A stretch of DNA of 41,135 bases from Octopus bimaculoides (lineage: Eukaryota), in contig NC_068990.1 in NCBI RefSeq assembly GCF_001194135.2, positions 27,319,458 through 27,360,592 of the forward strand, read 5' to 3'. The notes beneath the pieces are model-generated. The model did not search any database. It had not been told where the DNA came from and worked only from the letters and a program-made list of their open reading frames with translations. Below are positions 21,807 to 32,540 of the stretch, one piece after another. The position numbers were made by a program, and so were the translations under genes. Position 1 is the first letter of the stretch. Each line of letters begins with the position of its first letter.

Positions 21807-22262
21807 AGCTAACCATCATACTGTGGTGGGTGGACATGCAACCAGATAATGAATTGCTTGAAATCTAAAGATGACTCACCGACTTGATGAATACTCCAGA
21901 AGAAAAATCCCCATGACTATGAGAAGGGTAAATAGGAGTATGATAAATAAAGTAACAGAAAGGATAAAAACTGCCATACCATACATCCAGACGGAGGACA
22001 TAACACAAACAAGGAATCTTCCCTGGGTTATTTCGCTGCTTGTTGAGGAGAAATTACAAGAGAAGAGAACGAAAGATGGCAGAACAGAAGAAGCATGGTA
22101 GAAATGACGCATTGAAAGGGATATCATGCGGGCAAGGCAAGATCTAGGAAAAATTGAGCAATGGTTAAGAGGAAACTGGAAAATGGGCAAAAGACCGACT
22201 GAGAAAAATCAGAGAAGAAACATAAAATACGGAAGAACGGGTTTGGGGCAGTAATAGAGCAG
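21807..22262 (+). mobile_element. R4/Dong-like retrotransposon ORF N-terminal-region fragment
   Basis: IPYIQTEDITQTRNL..EEAW*K*RIERDIMRARQDLGKIEQWLRG..KKHKIRKNGFGAVIEQFK resembles the DITETN.L..PWWKRRIE.DI..LRKDLS..W region upstream of the RT in R4/Dong ORFs; starts at the end of an (AAT)n run. Confidence 0.7.
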
Positions 22263-22432
22263 TTTAAATCGATTACATCGACCCCAGTGTTTCACCGGTA
22301 CTTAATTTATCAACCCCGAGAGTGTGAAAGGTAAGTCGACCTCAGCGGAATTTGAACTCTGAACGTAGCGACAGACGAAATACCACTATGCATTTTGCCC
22401 GCTAGTGCTAACAATTCTGCCAGCTCACTGCC
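22263..22432 (-). mobile_element. SINE family C
   Basis: Head on the minus strand gcagtgagctggcagaattgttagcac; B-box-like gagttcaaattc; near-duplicate at 22560-22770. Confidence 0.85.
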
Positions 22433-22433
22433 A

Positions 22434-22443
22434 TAATAATAAC

Positions 22444-22499
<56 letters not shown>

Positions 22500-22506
22500 T
22501 AATAAA

Positions 22507-22538
<32 letters not shown>

Positions 22539-22555
22539 TGATGATGATGATAATT
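22434..22555. repeat. (AAT)n microsatellite
   Basis: Direct reading. Confidence 0.97.
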
Positions 22556-22559
22556 ATTT

Positions 22560-22770
22560 AAAATTTTTCTACAAAGGCAGCCATTTTAAGAGAGAGGTTG
22601 CGTCGATTACATCGACCCCAGTGTTTCACTGGTACGTAATTTGTCAACCCCTAAAGGCTGAACGGCTAAGTCAACCTCGGCGGAATTTGAACACACAAAG
22701 TAGCGACGGGCGAAATACCGCTAGGCATTTCGCCCGGCGTGCTAATGAGTCTGCTAGCTCCCCCTGCCTT
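22560..22770 (-). mobile_element. SINE family C, with a perfect 10-bp internal inverted repeat
   Basis: CGGGCGAAAT (22707-22716) / ATTTCGCCCG (22727-22736); homologous to 22263-22432. Confidence 0.85.
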
Positions 22771-22789
22771 AATAATAATAATGATGATG

Positions 22790-22847
<58 letters not shown>

Positions 22848-22852
22848 CAACA
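22771..22852. repeat. (AAT)n microsatellite
   Basis: Direct reading. Confidence 0.97.
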
Positions 22853-23097
22853 TTTGATCATCATAATCGTTGAAGAATTCTAGGTTCTTGAAATTATTTT
22901 TCAAGAACCTAGAAGTGGATCTGGCCTTAATTGCTATTTGATAATGAAGATACATCCTCTAAAGCGAAGCTAAATTTAGTAAATCCCGAATTTATATTCT
23001 ATGATATTTGATATACCTGTATTTTTCTATGTTCTTCCCATACATGACACTGGTCAGTCTACGTTATTTCCCTTAATTCACTTGTGCTTGATTTGCA

Positions 23098-23241
23098 GCA
23101 ATATTTCATCAAGACTGCTTAGTTAGATGTTCAATGTGCGATGATTTAGATGAGGTCGTAGCCCACATTTTATGCGAAGGCTTACTGTTCGCTCAGAATA
23201 AGTATGGATGTATAAAAAGTTTTGGAATTGATTTGCTATAG
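23098..23241 (+). pseudogene. Possible zinc-knuckle remnant of an R4/Dong-like element
   Basis: RCSMCDDLDEVVAHILCEGLLFAQNKY parallels LCSIFN*GNRTIAHIANEWSRLAQNHY of the 17-18 kb element (C..C....E...HI..E...AQ..Y). The match is short. Confidence 0.4.
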
Positions 23242-23795
23242 CAGGTGTGACTATCTTACAGTTATTGGAAATCATCACCTTCATATCAGCTTCAAGTTAT
23301 CCGTATTGATCATTGTATCGATCACCTGGCAAAGAATGATTTTTTCTAGTGACGAATAGTTTACATTAGGCCTTCTCAAACTTTCTAACTGTCTCCCCTT
23401 TTACAGTTTTCTACGGTCCTTACTACGTTTCAACAAAATTCAATACACATCAAAACTTATTGCCGACAGTGTTGATCGTCATGAAAACTCTTTATGCATA
23501 AATCATCTCATCGTAATAAAACGTGTCCGCAAAATTTGCCGTCATATTGTTCCCGTGGTTGAAATTTGCCGTAGGAAATTTTCCCGTTAAGAAGGCATCC
23601 AATCAGACTGTAAACTAGATTACTCATTTTAAAGAAATTATCTCTCACTAATTGGTAGGTTATTGGATGATGTTGCCATTTTAAGAAAACAGCAATTTTT
23701 TTTTTCTGCAGTTTATTATTTTTTTGCAACAAATGTTCCTATGGAAAAAATTGTTTTTCCTGCGGCAAAAATGGCGAAATGTTCTCTATGGTAAA

Positions 23796-23935
23796 GGCGT
23801 GTGGCCAAGCGGTTAATGTGTTACACTGACGATGTCTAGATCGTGGTTTCGGTTCCCGGATTTGGCGATGCATTGAGTTCGTGAGCAAAAGACTTCATTT
23901 CACGTTGATTTCGTTTACGCAACTGTAAATGCGTA
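23796..23935 (+). mobile_element. Old tRNA-derived CORE-like SINE fragment
   Basis: TGGCCAAGCGG A box, GGTTTCGGTTC B-box-like, then gagcaaaagacttcatttcacgttg similar to the other CORE-like copies. Confidence 0.6.
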
Positions 23936-24064
23936 ACTCTGCGAGGGATTGGGTCTCGTTAAGGAAGGGAGGAAGGATGCTGCGATCACGGCTACTTAGA
24001 CTCCATGGGAACAGAATAACTTGCTTTGTGAATTCTAGATTATGCGACAATAATAGCCATGAGT

Positions 24065-24106
<42 letters not shown>

Positions 24107-24296
24107 CGACGATGATGATGAGGAGGTGGAGGAAGAATATGTGATATACAATATCAACACCTATTTTCCATAACAAAATATTAACTGGACATTGACACAC
24201 TGAAAAACAATTTTGAAAATATTAAAGAAAAATGTGCCTGCAGGTTTGACACCCTTAAAAACCTCTTTGCATAAAGGCCACTTTCATTGCAGGTGC

Positions 24297-24427
24297 AGGT
24301 GGCGTAGCTGCGTGGTAAGAAGTTTGCTTCCTAACCACATGGTTCCGGGTTGAATTCGACTACGTGGCATTTTGGGCTGACCAAAGACTTGTCAATGAAT
24401 TTGGTAGACAGAGACTGAGAGAAGCTT

Positions 24428-24490
<63 letters not shown>

Positions 24491-24745
24491 GGTGGTGGTC
24501 CAGCTTGACTGCAGTCACATGACCGAAACGAATAAATGAATACGTGTGTGTGTGTCTTTATATCTGTTTTTGTTCCCCACAATCGCCTGCTAGTTGGTAT
24601 GTTTATGTCCTAGTAAACTAGCGGTTCAGCAAAAGAGATCGAGAGAATAAGTACCGAGCGTAAAAGAAACCCATAAGTAGTGAGGTTTGTTTGTTGAACT
24701 AAAATTCTTCAAGTTCGGGCTACAGCGTGGCTAAAGTAAACAAGT
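24297..24745 (+). mobile_element. SINE family B, near full length, internal (TA)n
   Basis: ggcgtagctgcgtggtaagaagtttgcttcctaaccacatggttccggg head; 3' part gcggttcagcaaaagagatcgagagaataagtac matches the other B copies. Confidence 0.85.
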
Positions 24746-25854
24746 AAAACAAAAGAGAAGAAAAAAATAGAAATGAAATATGAAAACATGGCAGCCATGA
24801 ATAATATAAAATGATTTACACAAAGATTAAAAAGAAAAAAACTGAAAATATTTTTGAAAATTGCAGACGACAGGTTGTTTGCCATTAAAACATTTCTTGC
24901 ACATCATATGTGATTTCATCAACATGGAATATCAAAACAACGCTACCGGATGATTTATTTACCCAACAGAGTAAATGTTAAAAACATTTTTGAAAATTAG
25001 GACAACTACAAATACGTTTATTACTGTTGTCGCGAGGATGGTGGTTGGTTGTTAGCCAAACGATATTCAACAGAAGAGTTTTATTATGTTGCATAAAAAC
25101 AAGCTGTGTTAGTCTTTTACAAATAACAACAGCAATAATTACATAGTGGGAGAGAGATACTGCTTGGAATTTACGGCAAACTTACTGACACAGCAACAGC
25201 ATAACTGGAAACAATTGCACTATATCCGTGGTCCCAGAGTATCCGGTCGTGTTGTGCCATCTGTCTTAACCATCTTCCTGGATCTTCTGGCCTTGGTTAG
25301 TACGGAGATCATCGCACAACTATCTCAACATTTTGCATAGCGAGAGGTGAGACGTGTGAATAGACTCGGTAACTCTCAACGGTCTGCAAAGTATTTAGGA
25401 GCAAAAGTGGCTCTATCATTGGGTTAACTAACATTCTAACAGAGTGAATCACCCGATGGCTTCATGCTGATTGACTGCTTTATTGAATTATCCTGTGAAA
25501 CTACTGTAATTAGACAGTGATGTATGGCTATTTACCTAGCAGTTCGGTTTCGAATCACCAGTCCACATTCATCTCTATTTTACCTCCCAGTGCCCGCAAA
25601 ATGATTTATACAGTCCCATAAGTAGCGACATCTACCTTGAGAAAACTTAAATTTTATGATAGTCAGTTTAGAGTAAAAAATTAAGAAAGTGTTCGTGGAA
25701 TGTGTAACAAAATACTATTATTTATTAATTGAAATTTACCTCTGGGTTGTAAAAAAATACCACAGAAGATAGGAACAATCGTTAGAGCTCTTAAAGCAAG
25801 TGGGTGATAATTCCAATAAATGTTAAGAAACTGGGCATCAACTTGAAGTTATGA

Positions 25855-25943
25855 CAGAAAATACTTGCCCAAGGTGTCCACAGTTGGACTGAACTCGGAC
25901 CCATGTGGCTAGGAAGCAAGCTTTTAATCGCAAAGCTACGCAT
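25855..25943 (-). mobile_element. SINE family B head fragment
   Basis: cttgcccaaggtgtccacagttggactgaactcggacccatgtgg matches 12232-12275. Confidence 0.7.
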
Positions 25944-26192
25944 GCAACTATTTAGCAAACAGTAATTTTAAAAACGAAGTCTTTTCGGGTAGTTTTAGAC
26001 ATGACAATAATTAAATTTAGTAATTTTAAATTTATGATAGGAAATTAGCATTATTATTTCCCGCAGGAATTCTTCTGGAACTAAGACACACATTTACTAC
26101 AGTCATTCCCAGTTAATTCTATCGATTCCTTTCCAGTACACGTCTCTACAATGTTATCAAGCATTATAAGAAATCATGACGACATTGATTTC

Positions 26193-26497
26193 TGGCCCTG
26201 TGACGGTTACGACGAAGGGGGGTTGCAGTTGATCCGATCGACGGAACAGCCTGCTCGGGAAATTAGCATGCAAGTGGCTGAGCACTCCACAGACACGCGT
26301 AGTTCTCAAGGAGATTCAGCGTGACAGAGTGTGACAAGGCTGACCCTTTTGAAACACAGGTACAACTCATTTTTGCCAGCTGAGTGGACTGGAGCAACGT
26401 GAAATAAAGTGTCTTGTTCAAGGTCACAAGGCAACACTGGGAATCGAACTCACGGTCTTGCTATCCTGAGATGAATATCCCGATCACTAAGCCACAC
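26193..26497 (-). mobile_element. tRNA-derived CORE-like SINE (octopus OR2-like) sharing its 3' tail with family A
   Basis: Minus strand: TGGCTTAGTGA A box, GAGTTCGATTC B box, then tgtgaccttgaacaagacactttatttcacgttgctccagtccactcagctgg (CORE-like TGACCTTGRGCAAGNCACTT), then a tail matching 1400-1575. Confidence 0.8.
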
Positions 26498-26499
26498 AC

Positions 26500-26600
26500 C
26501 ATCACTACAACACCCCACCACCACCACCACNNNNNNNNNNCAACAACAACAACAACAACAACAACAACGACGACACCACCGCCGCCGGCGATGACAACGA
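26500..26600. repeat. (CAC)n/(CAA)n microsatellite with a 10-N gap (26531-26540)
   Basis: Direct reading. Confidence 0.95.
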
Positions 26601-27986
26601 CGAAAATCGTCCACACATTTTATCCACAGCGACTAGTTTTCCACTCGACCTGAGAATAGCTACAACTAATACCACATCAATACTACAACCAATACAGTAT
26701 AGGCTGCTGTGACTTCTGGAACCCATGCAACAACAACAACAGTAGCATAAGCACAATAAACGAAACAAACATAAACAGCAACAGCAACAGCAACAACAAC
26801 AAAGGCCACAACGACAATAACAGCAAGCAGAGCAATAGATTTAAGGATGAGAAGGAAATCCAACAAGGCTTTTATTTTTGCTGTTATTAAAAGCTACATC
26901 AAAAGATGTTCGTGTTCTCTGTCTCAGAACAGACCTGCGTTTCCTGCCAGTTGGCCACTTCCGGTATCGACAATTCAATCACTAGCTCGAAATTTATCTT
27001 GTTATCTTTCAAACTTCATTCAAACGGATTCACTTGGTTTCCTCTTGATGCTAAGTGAAATTATCTGAGAAGATGCAGGAGGGAGAAAGTCGGAAATCCA
27101 TTTTCGTACCTTCACTTTGAACAGCAACGCAGCATCAATTCCTATTCTTGTTCGCTCTCAAAACCGCACAGAAAATGTTTATTTACTGGTAAAACACACA
27201 AAATATAAATTAATTCTACAGACTATTTTCAGTTTTCCTGTTTTCCTACAATATTTCAAAATAATTTCTGTATTTCTATTTATTCCTGTTTTTATTTTAT
27301 TTTTAAATTCATACCTCACCGAAACTTGTGGTTTATCTGGTAACAAAATGAGTTTCTTGGATGTATAAGAAAATTTCTCTTTTGTTTCTCAGTCTATGAA
27401 ATGTAACTTCGGTGCTGTGGTATAAAGAAAAAAAGACAACCACAAACAACACCATAGCGCTTAAAATAGCGTCATGAAAATATCAGTGACTTCACATGGA
27501 GAGGCGTTACTTTGTACTCGGAGGACTGAATTTTGCGTCAGACGAAGAGGTCAGTGAGAAGTGCATATAACGTTCATTAGTATTTGTAATAAACCGGCAA
27601 TATGGCAGCTGGTTATATTACATGTACACACGCCCGCACGCACACACAAACAAATACACCTACACACACATATTCATAGACAATATTGATATTGACTTCG
27701 AACTTTTGGCCATTTAAGTCAAGTTAATTGTGACCTTATACAGTCCCTGTTCAGTTAAAAGCTGCTTTGGGTGTGTAGGTGTTAATGGGGCAGTAATTAG
27801 GTTTTACTATGGATTGTTATGGAAAGGTGTTTTGGAGAAGTCTTTAATGATTCAATTTGGTGGTATGCCATTGTTTAGAACAAAACTGGTCATAAAAACC
27901 AACGAACACACACAAATACACAGACGCATACGCATGCTTATATACATACATATACACACACACATACATACATACATACATAATTA

Positions 27987-28072
<86 letters not shown>

Positions 28073-28730
28073 TAATATTGAACAAGGAGAATGAGTGCTC
28101 AACATCGCATTGGTGGATAATTATTCTTTATTTGTAAGTTAAGCAGGCTACCAATGTTTTCATGTAGTGAGCTATATATCTTAATAAACTATCAAGCCTA
28201 TTGCATTGGACGTTGGTGTTTTTCATCCAAGATGAAGATGGAAACCAACATTCCATGGAAAAGGCTAGAAAATTGTTAACGGATATACATACCTGTCTTA
28301 TCATGAAACAAATGATACCCTGGTATCCTATTTGCTTTGAATTTTTTTCCTGTTCTGCTAGCATCACAAAACCTATGTAAATAATATATTGCATCTTACC
28401 TTACTTTCCTTTGTAGACATACGTACATTCATATATACACACATGTATGTACGAATGTGATGCCAAAGAGGCAGAGACCTCGGCAGGCCGAAGACAGAAA
28501 ATGAGAGGTGTTCGTGGACAAGCCATTACCTGAAAGCATCGTTGTGTATGTATGTTATTATCCATACAATTTCAACGTAAGGTCATTAAAATCTAAATAT
28601 AAAAATATGTACTTCTGTTGAAATGTAATTTCAGTAAATTTCTATATCTTTGTGCAGCTGCGTAGTGCAGCTGGAGTCGCATGAAACGATCGTACTGCAT
28701 TAACATTGAACATCCTTGTTGCTTATTTTG

Positions 28731-28772
<42 letters not shown>

Positions 28773-28909
28773 NNNNNNNNNNNNNNNNNNNNNNNNNNNN
28801 NNNNNNNNNNNNNNNNNNNNNNNNNNNNNNNNNNNNNNNNNNNNNNNNNNNNNNNNNNNNNNNNNNNNNNNNNNNNNNNNNNNNNNNNNNNNNNNNNNNN
28901 NNNNNNNNN
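28773..28909. other. Assembly gap (N)
   Basis: N run. Confidence 0.99.
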
Positions 28910-29053
28910 TATATAAATGTATATACATATATAAATATGTAAGATTAGTATAATTTGCTTTAAGAATCGTCTGAGATACACACACACGCGCGCACACAGA
29001 CACACACATATAGAAACACACCCCTATATACACATTTCTATGTGTATATATAC

Positions 29054-29107
<54 letters not shown>

Positions 29108-29656
29108 GCAAACACACGTTCAAAGAGATTTCTCTAAGTTTCCGTCTGCGTAATTTTAATCAGCTCGTTTCGGTCGGCTCAAATCTGTAGAAAGTAACTA
29201 TTTCTCTGGCGTAGTTTCTCAGGCCATTCGATCTCGAAAATACATAATTACGATGCGACATTGTCCACTACACTAATAATTGAAAACAAAATATTCATGC
29301 AATATACAGCACAGCTATTCATTAAGATCTTTTCATTGAACTAAATTAAATCATATATTTTAATTTAGTGTCATGATCTCGAACAATTGATATAGATTCA
29401 GTTTTGTTCTTTAAAATTAAGAATATTGTTGCCGCTCACAGAGTTCATTTTTGAAGTGTATTTAATCAAAGACTATATCACAACAAATAAAAAAATACAG
29501 AAGAAAACTTTTTAATTTGTTTAACTAAACTGTCTGGAAATACGGATTTGTATAATGCTTGAGGTCATCGATTCTTTAGAATTGGTAGAGAGACTGATGA
29601 AATGGCGCGTATTTCGCTTTGATTTCAGCAGCATACGTTCGATGAAGTGAACACTC

Positions 29657-29790
29657 GTGGCTTAGTGGTTACGATATTGTACTCTCAATCTTACGATCGT
29701 GGTTACGATTCCCGATGCGGGATGTGTGTCGTTTTCTTGAACAAAACACTTTATCTTGCGCTGCTCCAATACCATCAGCGACACATAAGT
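29657..29790 (+). mobile_element. CORE-like SINE 5' fragment
   Basis: GTGGCTTAGTGG A box, GGTTACGATTC B-box-like, ttcttgaacaaaacactttatcttgcgctgctcca. Confidence 0.7.
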
Positions 29791-30193
29791 AAACGTGCGA
29801 TGATCATTCTATTTGTTAAGATCGAACTTAAATCAGACTTGGTCGAGAGGACCTGTCATCAAAAGTGCTTTTTTTCTAAAGGATTGGATCTCAAAGTCAA
29901 TTATGCTTTATCCTTTGTAACGATGTAGGATATTGACGTGTGAGGAAATCTTGCCTTCTCTGAAAGGTCTCATCGACTGCATACAACTTCGTCTTTTGAT
30001 CGAACACTCATCAACAAAATGCGGACTGATTTTTACTGCATATACATATTCATACATACACACATACACACAAGCACATAAATATCACACACACACACAC
30101 ACACACTTATGTATGTATATATATATGTATTTATGCATACACGCACAAGTATATATATATATCACAGATATTGAGTGTTGAGTTGTTGAGTGT

Positions 30194-30232
30194 TCCACCT
30201 GTGAGGAATCGGTGTCGAAACAATTGTCGGGA
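30194..30232 (+). ncRNA. Degenerate minimal hammerhead ribozyme with palindromic stem III
   Basis: tccac-CTG-TGA-GG-aatcggtg-TC-GAAA-CAATTGT-C-ggga. Stem III palindrome ACAATTGT, GUC triplet, stem I tcc(a)c/ggga; the core lacks one base (A6). Confidence 0.6.
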
Positions 30233-30387
30233 TTAATAATGAATTCTCGTATATTCCATCTTCCGTCTTTCATTTACCATATACATAACGATCACTTTGA
30301 AAGTGATCGTGCTTTACCAGTAAGCCACCAGGTGTAAATCATTCGTTTTATTATCCATACATACATACATACATACATAATACATAT

Positions 30388-30545
30388 TTAAAAATTTAGA
30401 GAAAAGCAAAGACGAAGACAGGTGTAGGAACAACAAGCAAGTATGTTAATTTGAAGTTCGGGAAAAATTGAAAAGTCTTTTACGTTTCTTCGACAGAAAT
30501 GATTAAGAGGAAATAAACGCAAGGAAAAGAAACGTGTTGAGTTCA
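30388..30545 (-). mobile_element. Pseudo-LTR-like repeat family X (copy 1, stem II of its HHR motif deleted)
   Basis: Reverse complement aligns with 32290-32428 and 36670-36828 (gaaacgtaaaagactttt..ttcccgaac..ttgttgt.ctacacctgtcttcgtc). Confidence 0.75.
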
Positions 30546-30599
30546 GCGGTCCAACATGGCGAATACACACACACACACTTACATATGTACATATGTATT

Positions 30600-30634
<35 letters not shown>

Positions 30635-31173
30635 TTAAATATCTATCTATCAATATATGTGTCTATCTGTATGTGTGTACTGCTTACATTTTCATGTAAG
30701 ATATGATGAAAACAAAATATCGAAATACTTGTAAGGCAATAAAGGATTAGGGCAGTCATCAGAGTTTATATAGTATGTTAAAAGGAAAGAAGACGTGTAT
30801 ACATTTCGTTGTTTAAGGGGAGTTAATCTTTTTTTTTTTCTGTTAAAAGTTTTTCAATATTTTAATACGTAATATATTTAACCGATTTTTGTTAGACACA
30901 GCTGCAGCCTAAAAGGTCTGGAATTTAATATGATACTGAAAGTTTATTGTGGTGTGTGAGTTAACTTTTGTTAATACAGTGTATATTTTATTCACGAGTT
31001 GATATATGAAACATTTAAAAAGGAACATTCATTTCATGTTATCCTCATGTTATTATGTTGATAATGAATTGTACAGAGTCTTTTTGAAGCAAAGATAAAA
31101 AATGTTAGTTTTGTGCTACGTCAATAAAGTGTTCAAATACAATAAACATATTTCTACTTTAAGAAGCCAAACC

Positions 31174-31206
<33 letters not shown>

Positions 31207-31931
31207 NNNNNNNNNNNNNNNNNNNNNNNNNNNNNNNNNNNNNNNNNNNNNNNNNNNNNNNNNNNNNNNNNNNNNNNNNNNNNNNNNNNNNNNNNNNNNN
31301 NNNNNNNNNNNNNNNNNNNNNNNNNNNNNNNNNNNNNNNNNNNNNNNNNNNNNNNNNNNNNNNNNNNNNNNNNNNNNNNNNNNNNNNNNNNNNNNNNNNN
31401 NNNNNNNNNNNNNNNNNNNNNNNNNNNNNNNNNNNNNNNNNNNNNNNNNNNNNNNNNNNNNNNNNNNNNNNNNNNNNNNNNNNNNNNNNNNNNNNNNNNN
31501 NNNNNNNNNNNNNNNNNNNNNNNNNNNNNNNNNNNNNNNNNNNNNNNNNNNNNNNNNNNNNNNNNNNNNNNNNNNNNNNNNNNNNNNNNNNNNNNNNNNN
31601 NNNNNNNNNNNNNNNNNNNNNNNNNNNNNNNNNNNNNNNNNNNNNNNNNNNNNNNNNNNNNNNNNNNNNNNNNNNNNNNNNNNNNNNNNNNNNNNNNNNN
31701 NNNNNNNNNNNNNNNNNNNNNNNNNNNNNNNNNNNNNNNNNNNNNNNNNNNNNNNNNNNNNNNNNNNNNNNNNNNNNNNNNNNNNNNNNNNNNNNNNNNN
31801 NNNNNNNNNNNNNNNNNNNNNNNNNNNNNNNNNNNNNNNNNNNNNNNNNNNNNNNNNNNNNNNNNNNNNNNNNNNNNNNNNNNNNNNNNNNNNNNNNNNN
31901 NNNNNNNNNNNNNNNNNNNNNNNNNNNNNNN
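31207..31931. other. Assembly gap (N)
   Basis: N run. Confidence 0.99.
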
Positions 31932-32089
31932 NTAAAATATACGTTACAAAGTATTTTTTGAAAAAAATAGAAAACGTTGTTCTTGAAAACGTTGTTATTC
32001 ACCCATCTCCCAACACCATCACACCACACACCACTACACCATACACAACACCACAACACATCACACCACTACGCACACACTAGCACTGA

Positions 32090-32428
32090 CCACTTCTCAG
32101 ACCCACATCCACACACCTACTAGACATACACACACGCACACGTCAAGGTCACCAGTCCTCTTCCACACGCACATACATACTCTCTTATACACACGAACGC
32201 GCACCTTCGTTTATTATCTCCCCTTCTTATTAGCTCTCCTTTGTAACCCCTCTGTCCGGCATTCGCGATGATAGATCGCTAGCCACTACACATTTTTTAT
32301 TTTCTCTCCTTGTTTCATTCTTTGATCCTTTCTGTGGAAGAGCGTAGGGTCAAAATGTTAAAGACTTTTTCAATTCCCGAAAGTTAAACTAATAAATCTG
32401 TTTGTTGTCTACACCACCTGTCTTCGAG
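32090..32428 (+). mobile_element. Pseudo-LTR-like repeat family X (copy 2, longest)
   Basis: CA/pyrimidine-rich leader followed by the HHR-like motif and the tail shared with 36670-36828. Confidence 0.7.
32328..32363 (+). ncRNA. Degenerate HHR-like motif, family X
   Basis: CTTT-CTGTGGA-A-GAGC-gtag-GGTC-AAAA-TGTT-AAAG; G12, C15.2 and one stem II base are mutated relative to the 36.7 kb copy. Confidence 0.55.
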
Positions 32429-32435
32429 ATACAAT

Positions 32436-32436
<1 letters not shown>

Positions 32437-32473
<37 letters not shown>

Positions 32474-32540
32474 AATACAATGCGAGAGAGAGAAAGAGAG
32501 AGAGTAATGAGAGAAATATAAAGAGAGAGATAGAGAGAAT
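32437..32540. repeat. (GA)n tract with duplicated atacaatgcgagagagagaaagagagagag unit
   Basis: atacaatgcgagagagagaaagagagagag occurs at about 32429 and 32475. Confidence 0.85.

Noticed and set aside
24999-25094. DNYKYVYYCCREDG peptide recalling the apextrin C-terminal CCR.DG motif
   Set aside because: The match is a few residues, the frame closes after about 31 codons, and no other apextrin motif is nearby.
25168-25380. Minus-strand segment with good acceptor and GTAAGT donor; faint LINE C-terminus resemblance (YSHVSPL..WLRQM)
   Set aside because: Stops occur in all frames and the similarity is too weak to call.
28128-28394. 88-aa minus-strand ORF of ordinary composition
   Set aside because: No recognisable domain or supporting splice structure.
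29596-29615. CTGATGA at 29596 (also 6028 and 36400)
   Set aside because: No stem II plus GAAA follows; the heptamer alone is expected by chance.
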